Positions 47,736 through 59,532 of a stretch of DNA of 64,000 bases are shown here, in pieces. The translations under genes and the position numbers were made by a program. This DNA is from Lama guanicoe (taxonomy: Eukaryota). The DNA lies in the NCBI GenBank assembly GCA_013239625.1, contig MU056000.1:496001-560000 (forward strand), read 5' to 3'. Position 1 is the stretch's first letter. Every line of letters starts with the position of its first letter. The notes under the pieces are model-generated. The model was not told the DNA's origin. It worked only from the letters and a program-made list of their open reading frames with translations, and searched no databases.

Positions 47736-50700
47736 GGGCCGCCGGCGAAGTGAGACAGCCCCGGCTGGTGACAGGTTCTTCTAACACCATGATGTAGGAA
47801 GGCCAAATCTCAGAACAATAGATGGTCCTTTAAGTAAAATACATTTTTTCTTTTTCCACCTTCTCCCATCTTTCCCTCATTTGGGCACGGGGCTGTGGTT
47901 TAGAACTCCTGGCCCAGGTGCCCCTCACCCCAGCACACACAGGCACCTCGCTGCTGTGTCCCTGTCCCCTCCCTTGCCCGCCACCCCTGGTTCTGCCCTG
48001 GTGCTCAGTCAGAGGACACTGGGCTGTCGAGTCTTCCCTCCCTCCCTCTTCTGGCCCTGCTCTTCGTGTGGTGTCCAGAGCCCCGTCCACTGTCCCTGCC
48101 TCCCCAGGTGATGCTTGGGGAAGGCCAGCACCCAGTGCCGTCTGCCTGGGGCCCAAGAGGGGACACATCCTCCTCTCCTGAAGGTGCTTCCCTGCAGGTC
48201 AACCCTGGTGGGTGGCGTTGGCACAAGAACTGTGGCAAGTGACCTGGCGGAGGTCACGTGAGTGTCCAGCAGGTAACTGGCTCTCGCCTGCCCTCGCCCG
48301 CGCCCCCAGGAATAGAGGAGATGAGGCTGGTTTTGCCCATGGTTGTTGGTGCTGGCTCCCGGTGCCGGCTTGGCGCACGTCTGAAGCAATCTCTGATCGG
48401 TGTTGGTGTTTTCTGGGTGGGTGGACTGCCTGCCTCACCACCTGGAGGAGTCCTTGTCGATCCTGAGCTGCGCCGTATCACTCCATTGCCAGGTACCCCC
48501 AGAGGGTCAGCACTGTGCCGGGTGTGGGGGTGATGAGGATGGTGGCAGGAGTGGCCCAGGGTCTAGGAAGCGGCGTGCCTGACCTGGCACTTGTGCTGCA
48601 CTAAACTTATGAGGAGCGCGGGGCGGGCTCATGGCAGCGGAGCAGCCGGGGTCAGGGTTACTGGTGGGGTCGGCACCGAGCAGCGGGGGTCCTGGCGAGG
48701 CTCTGTGGAGGTTGGCTGTCCCTGTCCTGGGAGTTCGTCCTTCTCCGCACACACTCGCTCCCCACGTCCCCGTCTGATTTCTCCAGCACTCCCTGAGGGG
48801 CGGGATAGTTCAGAAAACAGGAGTCACCAGTAACAATTGAGATTTTGTTGTGAATAGAACGGATTTCTGTTAAGTAAGCCTGAAAAGGGGACCTTCCAGC
48901 CAACTCTGGAGGCTCGTTTCAACTGAGACTTGAGTTGGGGGTGGGACTCCCCGTGGCTTCACACATGGCCCGGACGCCACGCAGTCCCCAGTCAGCACAG
49001 AGCCATGGTGCGGGGAGTGACCACGCGCTGGCAGGAGGCACAGGGCGGGACAGCGTGTGCGTGTGCGTGTCCTGCCTTCTAGATGCCGTCTGGCCGCCGC
49101 TCGGAAGGAGTGATGTTGCCTGTGTGGCATTCAGCAGGCAGGCAGTGAGCACTGTGGCCACAGTGCGGCTCCACAGGCTGGCCCCTGATCTTCCACGACC
49201 TGCGCTCTGGGGACGCTGTGACCTCTAGAGTCCCAGCCCGTGTGGGGTGTCTGGACGCCATGCCAGGACCTGCCAGAGAGCGTCATTTTCTCTTAGGAGC
49301 CCACTATGCACTGGTCCTTGGGTACTGGCAGCCCTGTTTGGCCCAGTCATGAGCGAGGCTGACATGGACACACACGGAGGCTGGGAGCTCATCTGGATTT
49401 GGGGGCACTGACATCAGGCCAGGGAGTCCTTCCCAAGGTCGGGCGGCATCCGTGCCCTCACCCCACCCCTGCTTTAGGAACTGCCCATGGCCGCACTGCA
49501 CCCACTAGACCGAGGATGCGCCAAGCTGTCCCAACTAGCCCATAGGGGCTGCCTGCGGGGGACCCTAGAGCCACGAGGTCCCCTGGAGGTGAGGACCCCG
49601 TGGGGGAGGCGGCTGCTCTGTCTCCAAGGGCGAGTGGCTGACCTTTGCCTCGTGTCTGCACCTGCAGACCTGGGTGGCTGCTGTCTGCGGGGAAGAGACC
49701 CCCGGGTTGCGGGGGTACAGGAGGTGGGGCCGTCTGTGGCCATGCAGCCAGGAGCATCTGACGCCCAGGAGGGCCTGAGGGCAAGTGGACGGGCCAGACC
49801 ATGTGTGCAGCCCCGCCCCGCCGGGGTGCCTGTGAGGAGTGTGCAGGGACATGGACCAGGAGAGGCTGCCGGGCACCCCGACCTCAGGCAGGGGCAGTGG
49901 ACCCACGCTGGCTGTGGGGGGCAGAGGCCGGGTGGCAGAGCCCGGCTCCCGCGGTAGGAGGGTGGTTGGAGGGGGCTCCTCCCCAGATGCTGGTCTCTCG
50001 AGATGCTTTCCTGGTGGCCAGGGTCGCTTCGGCACGTGAAGGCGTGCTTTCTCCTGGGCAGGCCTTGCGTGATACGGGCCCTCCACGTCTGCGTGTGCAC
50101 TTGGGGGCTGCTCCCGAGGAGCCCCGGGTGCAGGTGAGGGGCTGTTCATGGAAGGAGGATGCGGGAGCGCAGGGACACCTGCCCTGGTGACGTAGTTCTG
50201 GAGCCGGGAGCTCACACGGCGAGAGGAGGGGCCCGTGGGACTGAAGCCGGGCTCTGTAACAGCCGACTTTGCTGCTGGGTGAGCGGAGAGTTCGACTTCC
50301 CGAAGTAAAAGGAGAGACCTGACGTCACCCTGCTCTCGTCAGGGATGTGACTGGCCACGTGAGGACACCCGGGGATGCGTCCAGGCAGTGCCTGTCCCTT
50401 CTCTCCTCATCTTTATGTGGGGAAAAGGCGTTTGGATGACTTTGGGGGGTTCTGTTGATGTTTCCTTTAACAATCGATGCTGGTTTGCAGTCTTCAGAAG
50501 TCAGCCCTCGGCCCTGGGAGCTGTCTGGCCAACCATGCCCGCTGTTAAGGGGGTGTGAGCGCAGATCCAGACGCAGGTGTCAGCGCGGCGTGCAGCCAGG
50601 CACCGTCTCGGCTCTCACACCAGGCGCTCCAGGCCAGAGGGCGCTGTGCCCACCCCCTGGGGTTGGCAGCCCCCAAGGAGCCAGGTGCCCAAGCAGACAT

Positions 50701-52710
50701 GGCAGGCGTGAGGTCGCAGGGGCCCCTGCCCCTCCTCCTCCCTGAAGAAAGGAAGCTGTGGCAGCCGCAGCCTTAGCAGAGGCTGGGTTTGCCGACACCA
50801 GTCCCGGCCGGGCCAGAGTGCAGTCCCGCTCACGAGTCTGTGCGGCGGCCGAGGCTCGAGGGGAGCCATCTGGGTTGGCTGCACAGTGTCGCCGTTGGCG
50901 ACGCCCGCATCAGAAACTCGCTGGGTTTGGAAGAAAAGCCTGTGGCATCTGGAAGTTCTCCAGGAACCTCCCCCAGCCCGAGGCAGGCCTGGCATGTGGA
51001 TCCCTGTGGAGCCCTCTCCTGGGCGTAGGTCCTGGCCGTCTGGGTGGCCCCGAGGAGGGGGAGGGCCCAGCCCTGCCTGGCCGTCGTGCTGGTGACAGCC
51101 CAGGACCATGCGTGGGTGTGCTCTCCTCAGCGGGCCCGGTGCCCTTTCCATCCAGCAAGGCGCCCGTGGACACTCTGCGTGTGGGGGTGGGGCTGCCAGT
51201 GTCACAGCAGAAAACCCGGCTGGTGTGAGCTTCCCAGGGGAGGTGGCCTTGGCGTCCGGCTGTGTCTGGGTTTCCTGGGGCCACAGTCACAGCAGGAACT
51301 CCTCGTCCCGGTCCTGGGGGCTGGGGATCCAGGGGTCCAGGCCCTCCTGCCGGGCCGTCCGCACAGGGTCGTTCCCGAGACGTGATGTCCTCTTTGTCAG
51401 AACAGCCTGCGGAGCAGGGTCCACCCTCGTGACCTTGTCCTAAGTGAGGACCTCTGCAGTGATCCCAACCCCACACACGGCCACGTCCTCAGGAACTCGG
51501 GGCACAGCAGCCCTAACAGGCCACAAGGTTTTCTCAGCTCAGAACTGGCTTCCACCTCCCCCTACCCTGGCCCCCTCCACATCCACCCCGTACCGGCCCC
51601 ACCGCTGCTGGGCTGTCCCTCTGTGACAGCCGAGCGTGAGGTGTCCGTGTGGCCTGAGAACACGAGGCCATGCCCGCTCTCGGCCTCGGCCCCTGGGCTC
51701 CTTTTCCTGGCACTTTATTAACAACCATTTCGCTGTGCTTTTCTCCAGGCTCCACCCCTCCTCAGGCCCCTCCACATCCCCTGGTCCCGACACTTGGGCT
51801 GTCTGTTTGTCCACCCCGAGATGCACTCTCTCCACATCGCTCACCCCAGTGTCACCTGGCGTTCTTGGCTCTGCTGTCCAGACCAGGCCAGTGGCTTGAG
51901 TCCCTGAACCAGTGCGTCCCCAGGATGGGGTCTCCTGGGGAGAGAGGACTGAGGAAGGCCTGGTCCGCAAACATCAGGGGCTCCCACAGCCACTCTGACC
52001 AAACGCTCCTCCACCCCGGCCAGGCGGCCGCTGCACCCCGGCTGCGGGAGCTGCCTGAGCGTCGCTGCTCCCCGCCAGGGTCCCCTGCTTCCCGGAGGTC
52101 CCCCTGGAAGGGCTTCTGGGAGGTGGGGCCGGGGAGGGGCCGCGTGCCTGGCTTTCTGGTTCCAGTGTCCAGAGCTAGAGCTGGCTGTAATCCTGCTGGC
52201 TGCTGTGCCTGGAGAAGGGCGGCTGCCTCTGCGCCATTCCCCTGCCCCCTCCAGCAGCGCTCGTGAAGGCCCCCACCCCCCAGAAGCTCCCTCTGAGCCC
52301 TGAGTTCCTGCCCTGACTGGAAGGCAGAGAGCCCGCGGGCTGGGTGCTTCCCACACCCACGGCCTCGCCGTGCCTGCTGGGGTCTCTCTGCAGCTCCTGG
52401 CCTCTCCCCTCCCCCTCCCCCTTCTCCCCAGCTCCTCTCCTTTATGTCCAGACCTGTGGGAGGTTGGCCAACCCCGCCCGGAGGCCGGGGGCCCTGGCCG
52501 TCCCAGGGCTTGCCGCTTCCTCCTGGAGGCTTTGGGTGATTCCTCCTGCGGGGAGCTGGACCCCTGGTCTCACTTGTGGTCAGAAGACACTGGACGTTTG
52601 AAGGTAGATTATCCTGGAGTTTCTGGGACTTTGATAGCTAATCAAGGTTAGGAATGCCTTAAAATTAAATGTTTTGAAGTAATTATGTGAAAAAGCAGCC
52701 TCAGGCTCCC

Positions 52711-53105
52711 TGTTTTGAGGTCCTGGGGCAGCTGTGACGGAAACCACGAACTGGGTGGCCTAAGGCAGCAGCTCCTTCCTGTCTCTTGGTTCTGGGGGCC
52801 AGAAGCCCGACATCAAGCTGTCGGCAGGGCCGCACTCCCTCCGAGGCCCCGGGGGAGGGTCCTTCCTGCCTCTTCCAGCTGCCGGGTTCCAGGCGTCCCT
52901 GGATGTGTGGCCACATCTCTGTGGTCTCTGCCTCCGTCTCTATGTGGCTTCTCCTTTGCATTTCTGTGTCTCTCCTCTCCTTACGGGGACCCCATCATTG
53001 GATCAGGGGCCTGTACTCAGCCAATCACAGCTACAGAGGCCAGCCCGTCTCCAGGTGAGGCCACACTCTGAGGTTCCGGGTGGGTGTGGGTTTGCGGGGC
53101 ACTGG
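52711..53105 (-). mobile_element. MaLR LTR (MLT1B/C-like), antisense
   Basis: ACCACGAACTGGGTGGCCTAA...GTTCTGGGGGCCAGAAG...TCCTTCCTGCCTCTTCCAGCT...CATTGGATCAGGGGCC...ACACTCTGAGGTTCCGGG. Confidence 0.8.
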
Positions 53106-54555
53106 GAGAATGGTGTCTGGCACCGGGATTCCACTCAGACGTGGAAGGGGCTTGGACAAGGAGCGCCGGCAGCAAGGCTCTTCTGACCGGATCTGTGCAT
53201 CTTCAGGTGATGCGTCCATCTGAGATCCTTATTCTGAGGCCGCCCCAAGTGTCCCCACGAGCGGCAGAGTTGCTCCATTTTAGTATTTGCTGATTTACGA
53301 CTGTATCTCTGGATCGACTTCTAGGCCCAGGAAACCGGCCCCACACTTGTAGCATGAAGATAAGTTCTATGTCATGGCAGCAACTCAGGGACAGTCACCG
53401 TTTAGCTCCCAGTCACGGCTCCCAGCCTGTCGCCTCTCTGAGACGGATTCCTGATTCTGTGCAGCCGGCCTGGAGGGGAAGGTGGCTGGCAGGGCCTCGC
53501 CGAGAGCCCAGCCCAGCCCAGCTCAGTCCACACCCAGGTTGTTAAAAGCCGGGTTGTGGATGTGGCTGTGTCTGCATTTGAAACAATTTGATTAGCTTGC
53601 AGCCATTTTAAGAGCATTGAATTACTTCGCTTGAGAAGGAGACCTTGGGGGTCTGCTGTAGGCTGAGTAAGCTGCTCAACCAGGCGGGTTATGAAGGTCT
53701 CGGCTGGGTGAGGCTCCAAGCAGACACAGCTGCAAGGCCCCGGGTGGGCTGGGCTGCAGACCTTCCTGGGCCTTGCTCAGCAAGGCCTTGCCCGTTGGGG
53801 TGGACCTGCTTGCTCTGGGGGCTTCAGGACTGGCCTTTCGTGTGCCTGAGAGTCTGGAACCTGTTTTCGTGGTGCGGAGCAGGGTTCCACACTGCAGGGG
53901 CCCATGAAGACTGGGACACAACTGCACTTGGCCCGTAAGTCCTCTGGGAACCCAGAAGCCTCCTGAGCCACCAGCCCCATGCAAGCTGCAGATAAATGTC
54001 CTCTCTTCACTGGAGGAACTTGCTCCTGATGGGTGTGGGCACCTTCCCTGCCGGCCGCAGTTCACCCTTGGTCAGCTCACAGTCACTTGTCCGGAGCCTG
54101 CGGTCCCCCCACTGCCTCCCGAGCAGCCCAGGTGGGCTCCGTGCATCGATAGCCCCCTCCTGGAGGTTGAGATGGGGTGCAGGGTGGGCTCCACACCACG
54201 GTGGACGGCCAGGACCTGGACAGCGCCTGCTGAGAGCACTGTGGCCAACGCTGGTCCACTCCCAGCGGGCTTCCAGCACCTTTTTGCCAAGTAGCAGGTC
54301 AGACATCAGGGCCTCTGTATTTGGAAGCAATCTTGACCTTACTGCCTCTGGCCAGGAACCTGGGGGAGGTTGGACTGCCGTGGTCCCTCCCAGAAGCTGT
54401 TGCAGGTGCCATCCTGTGAGCTGCAGGCAGGGTGTTGGTGGGGGGAGCCCTGCTGTGGGGCTGCAGCCCAGCCAGCAATCTCTGTGGCCTCGGCCAGTCT
54501 GTGTGTCTCAAGGCCCAGCGTCCCTGCTGGTAGCTGGGAGGTGGAACGGATGCTC

Positions 54556-54728
54556 CTGGGAGGCGCTGTCCAGCGGGACCGGGCGTGGCCTATATCCACC
54601 ATGCCCTCGACAGTCACCGCTGGCCACGTCTGTGCTTGGAACATGGCTAGTGTGGCAGGGAGCCGATTTCTAATGTGGTCTCACTTTAATAAATGTAAAT
54701 GCATGCCACGTGGACAGCACGGCTCCAG
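54556..54728. mobile_element. MER3-like hAT-Charlie non-autonomous DNA transposon
   Basis: Inverted ends GCGCTGTCCA (~54563) and TGGACAGCAC (~54711); internal GCCACGT...ATGGCTAGTG and AT-rich core. Confidence 0.65.
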
Positions 54729-55792
54729 AAAGCACCATTTGGCATCCAGCAAGCCCCATGTCTCCTTCCTCTGTGGCTGGAGTTTGGAGGCGGAGAGCCC
54801 AGGCCATCTTGGCGGGTGTCACTCCTGTCAAGGCCTCATCACCGAGGTGGGCACAATGAGTGTCCTGAGGGCATGTGCAAACCCTGCTCATTTTTGAACA
54901 CTCTAGAGGCTTTGGTTTTTAAATTGGCAGGAGGCTTTTCAGATGTAAGAAAGCCAAGCAGATTGTAGCACTAGGGTTCTGCAGTTCCTGCTTTTGCGCG
55001 GCAGGTGACGCACCCAGACGTGCACGTGTGGAGGCATTCGGGGGCACCGACCACCTCCTTCCTTGCCAGGGCCACGAGCAGGGGGAGGCCACTCTTGGTG
55101 CTCCTGGGGCCCAGGAGACCCACCGCCACCTGCTTCTCGCGCACAGAGGTTTGTTGGCAGAGCAGCAGGAGGGCTGCCGGGAAGCCACCTCGCACCACAG
55201 ATGAAATTGGCCAGGACACTGTGAGGCCCTGATTTGTAATCTGCAGTGGACTCTGCTGCAGGGAGTGTGGGAGGGACAGTCAGTGCCTTGGGTCTTCCCA
55301 CTGACGTGTGAGATCAGAAGTGCTGGTTTGTGGGTGAGGAGGGAGGGCAGTGAAAGGATGTCGTGGGAGGTAAAGTCCTGGGTCCGGACTCCACAGGCAT
55401 CGGTGCTGACGGGCCATGTGTGCCTGGGAATGGGCTGGTGGGGGGTCCTGCCCGAGCTGCCTGAAAAGCTGATGCTGAGGGGTGTTTAACCCAGCCAAGC
55501 TGGGGGGCTGTGTGTGTGATTTTCAGACGCGAGTTAGTGCCAGGTGGCGATTCCCCGGAGGAAGGAACCCAGCCAGGTGCCCAGATTAAAGCTGCAGCCT
55601 GGAGGCCGTGGTGTGGAACAGGGGAACCAGACAGCTCCTGAGGGCCCTGGCGACCCACTGGAGGGGAGGGGTTTGCAGAGAGTCGGGGAGCACCCAGGTC
55701 CCTGCTGGGGGCTGCTCTGCTGGTGTGTGAGAGGTCGGGAAAGAACCGCTGGGAAGGGGTGGCAGCACAGGCCCTGGGGCTCGGGGGGTGGG

Positions 55793-55803
55793 NNNNNNNN
55801 NNN
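55793..55803. other. Small assembly gap (11 N) inside a G run
   Basis: Run of N flanked by G tracts. Confidence 1.
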
Positions 55804-55899
55804 TGGGGGGCGGGGGCGAACGCTTTGCTTCCATCAATCAGAGCAGAGCAGGCAGGTCCTCGGAAGGCGTCACCTTCGCAGTGTGGCTGAGCACCTAGA

Positions 55900-56340
55900 C
55901 TACGGGCTTAAAAGCAAACCTAAGGCCAAAAATCCGCACTCAGTGACAAAATACAACATTATTTGAAGGAATATGACCCAATCCGGCACAGACAGCAGAA
56001 GTCACAATGTCCAGCACACAATCGAAATTTTCCAGGCATGAGAAGAGCAGAGAAGTTGTGATCCATCACTGGAAGAGGAGCATTGCGTAGAAACAGACTG
56101 AACCACGGCCGTGGCGATGGAACTAGCAGAGGGCGTCAGGACAGCAGGGACAGACGCACTGCATGTGCTCCGGGAGGAGGAGGAGATGTGGCCACGGGAG
56201 GTGAGAAGGGGGAGAGGGCGCTGGAAACCCAGAGGGGGCGTCTGGAGGTGAGAGAACCATATCTGAATGAGCAGTCCGCGGACAGCAAGCGACACAGCGG
56301 AAGAAAAGATGAGTGACCTGGAAGCCGGATCAAGAGAGAG
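55900..56340 (+). mobile_element. Old L1 5'/ORF1 N-terminal fragment
   Basis: TCACAATGTCCAGCACACAATCGAAATTTTCCAGGCATGAGAAG...GACACAGCGGAAGAAAAGATGAGTGACCTGGAAG (DTAEEKMSDLE, ORF1 coiled coil). Confidence 0.65.
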
Positions 56341-57644
56341 GCCGGGACGCAGGTGGGCAGGAGGGTGTCAGCCTTGCTGTGTGGCCCTGGTCACGGGGGG
56401 GGAGCCCTGCGGCCTCCAGCCGTCCACCCAGGAGAGTGATGCTGTTCACTGGTGCCTCCTTTCATGGAGGGCTTAGGTGATGTGCCCAAGGTCAGAGCAC
56501 GAGGGACTGTGGGGCCGAGACTGCCCCCCTCAGCAGACTCCCGGTCCTGCTGTCCAGGCATCTGTGGCTCACATGCCGGGAGGAACAGTCAGGTGGCGCA
56601 TCGGTGCATGAGAGAAGCCGGAGGGGATGTCCTCCGCTGACATGGTGGCCTGAGTACAGCGGGGAGGTGGCCCTGACAGAAGGCCTGACCTGGGGAGGGT
56701 CAGGGAGATGCCCCCGGCTCTCAGCTGAGGTGGCACGTGCAGGGGACTTGTGAAAATAGGGGAGGGAGGAAGAATGACCGAGGCCCACACCCATGCTCCC
56801 TTCTCCCAGTGTCCACATGGCTGCTTTCCAGACCTTGCACGGCTCAAGGAGGGTCTGAGACGGCGTCACCCACTGGGGGAGCGGCAGTGCGCTGGGGAGG
56901 AGTATCCCACACCCAGCCACCTGCTGCCTCTCGGGGACTCCCAGCCCCGCGTCTTCCCAGCTTTGGGGAGACAGGTTGGAGCCCTTTCTCTCCTTCCATT
57001 GGTTTGTCTGAAACAATTTAAGTTTCTCTAAACCAGAGCTGGCTTGGCCTTCAGGAAAGACATGCTTTTTGGTGTTTCTCAATGTCTCCCCTGAGGCCTG
57101 AGATGTGTTTCTGGCTTCTTCCAGAGCTCAGGGAGGATTGAGGTGCGAAGTCAGCTGTGTCTGGGGTCCTCGTGCCAAAGCAGTGATGCCATGGCCCCTT
57201 GTCCCTGGGGTGGTGGGGGGCAAGGCGGCAGGTGCTCTCCCCACGGGCTGAGCCCGCCCGGCTGAAAGGCCTCACCTGGGGCTCTGCGGACCTGTGCCGA
57301 CCTGTCTCTGGCCAGAGTGGCCACCCTCCAGGGAGGGAGCTCAGGCAACGCTGGCCTGCCGGCTGTGGTGAGATGGAACCACCTAGAAGTGCCTGGCCTG
57401 GTGCTCAGGGGCCCGGCCCTCATTTCCCGTCCTATGGCCTGTCCTGGAGAAGGACGGTGCCCGTCCTCCGGGTCCTGGGACAGAGGCACATCATGCCTGA
57501 TGCGAGGCTTCGCGGGGACCACCCGGAGCAGGGCTGCAGGGCCTGGCGGGTCTCTTGCTCCTGGGCTTCAGCCTGTGCTCCCCAGGGTGTCCAGAACCAC
57601 ACAACTGCCCAGGCCTGGCACCGCTTTTGAGACAAGAGCATCAT

Positions 57645-58320
57645 TTAACAAAGACGTTTTTCCAGACACCTACAGATGGCCAACGGGTACATGGAAAGGT
57701 GCTCAACTTCACTGATCATCAGGGAAATGCAAACCAAACCACAGTGAGATACCGACTCCCACCTGTCAGAATGGCCATCATCAAAAAGACAGCAAATGAC
57801 AAGTGCTGGCAAGTGTGCTGACGAAAGGGGGCCCTCATGCACTGTTGGCGGGAACGTAAATGGGTACAGCATGAGGTTCCTCAAAAAACTAAAAACAGAG
57901 CTACCGTGTGACCCAGCAGTCCCGCAGCTGGGTGTGTATCCAGAGCAAATGAAGACACCAGTCAGAAAAGGCGCGTGCGCCTCGGTGTTCACGGCGGCTC
58001 TGCTGACAGCAGCCAGGACGTGGAGGCAGCCCGAGTGCCCAGCGACGGATGGCGGGACAAGGAAGACACGGAACACGCACACAGCGGAACGCCTTTCAGC
58101 CGTAAAATGGGTGAGATCGCGCCCTTGTGACCAAGGAATGGATGTGGAGGGCCTTAAGCCAAGTGAAATAACTCAGAGAAAGACAAATGCCACATGATCC
58201 TCCTAAACGTAGAATAAAGCAGACGAAGTCGAGCTCATAGGTACAGAGAGCGCGTTGCTGGTTGCTGGAGGTGGGGGGTGGGTAGGAGAAGTGGGCGAAG
58301 GGGGTCAAAGGGTTTAAAAG
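57645..58320 (+). mobile_element. LINE-1 3' fragment (ORF2 C-terminus plus part of 3' UTR)
   Basis: TTVRYRLPPVRMAIIKKTANDKCW; RFLKKLKTELPCDPAVPQLGVYP...VFTAALLTAARTWRQPECP. Confidence 0.9.
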
Positions 58321-59261
58321 GGCACGTGTGGGTCTCCTCAGAACACTTTTTAACTTTCACACGTGGGGTCTCAACTAAATCGCGTTAAGGGTGGACTTTG
58401 GTTTCTGCCTGTAAAAGCAGCTACGGTTCCGTCCCTGCTCCTTTAAGACCCGGCTGTGGCTGGGGTGAGGGTGGGGCAGACTGCACTCCCCTTTGACCCC
58501 AGGGGCCTGGAAGCAGCAGCAGAGCTGGTTGGAGGGTGATTACCTCCAGGGAGTGTTTCTACCTGACGCTAGGGGGGGAGCTTTCAACGGAAGGGAAACC
58601 CTTATTACTTTTCTTCGTGTGGTTCAGCCCACTGGGTCCTGGGGCTGTAATCACATACACACCCGTGACTTTTCCAGTCTGTTTATCTCTGCTGCGGCCC
58701 GGACGTCACGTGTGAACGCACGGAGCCTTCTAAACTGAAAAAAAAAAACCATAAAATGCATGGAGTTCTTTGAAATTACTCTTCCTTTGAAATAGGAGAC
58801 ATGAGGCTTTAATATGAATGCAAGAAAACAAAGTCCAGTGTTTTTTCCTGAGAAATAATTCAGATGGAGGAAGATGAATCTGGGTTTGCATTTAACACCC
58901 AGGGGCGTTAAACTTCGTCTAAACAGAACGATGGCGGGTGCGATGGTTCAGGCGCATGGGGCATGGGTCCTGTCAGTGGTGTCTGTGCTGTGACCTCTGC
59001 GGCCGGGAAGCTCCGAGGGCAGCGGCAGAATTTGGAAGCTCGATCACCCATGATTTGCCTTGTTCTGTGAAGTTACTCACTGCTAGCTCTGAAGACAGAA
59101 CCAGTAGCAGGCGTGACTGGGAGAAAGTCAGGTCTGCAGATGAGCGGCAAAATGATCTAGTGTTAAGCTAAAACCAGAATTCCAGGGTGCTGAGAACTGA
59201 AGTCACTGAGGAAGTTCCTGGCGTACTTTATGGCCACTTCTCAGTTTTCTGGGGTGGAGAT

Positions 59262-59532
59262 TGTGTGTGTGCGTGCATGCACGTGTGTGTTCACGGGTAT
59301 GTATGTGTGCATGCATGTGTATATATGTTCACAATAGGTATCTATGGGCCCACACGTGTGCACACATGTGTATGTTCGTGCATGTGTATACATGTTTGTG
59401 CATATGCATCTATGTGTATGTGTGTGCACTCACGTGTGTTCAGTGTACACGCACGTGTCTGTGTACATGTGTGTTCGTGCACGTGTGTGTATGTGCTCGT
59501 GCGTGTGTGCGTGAGTGTGTGTACACATATGT
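59262..59532. repeat. ~270 bp imperfect (TG/CA/TA/CG)n alternating purine-pyrimidine tract
   Basis: Direct reading of the sequence. Confidence 0.95.

Noticed and set aside
24106-50327. Two perfect CRE palindromes TGACGTCA (24106-24113, 50320-50327)
   Set aside because: One or two 8-mers in 64 kb of CpG-rich DNA are expected by chance; no supporting context.
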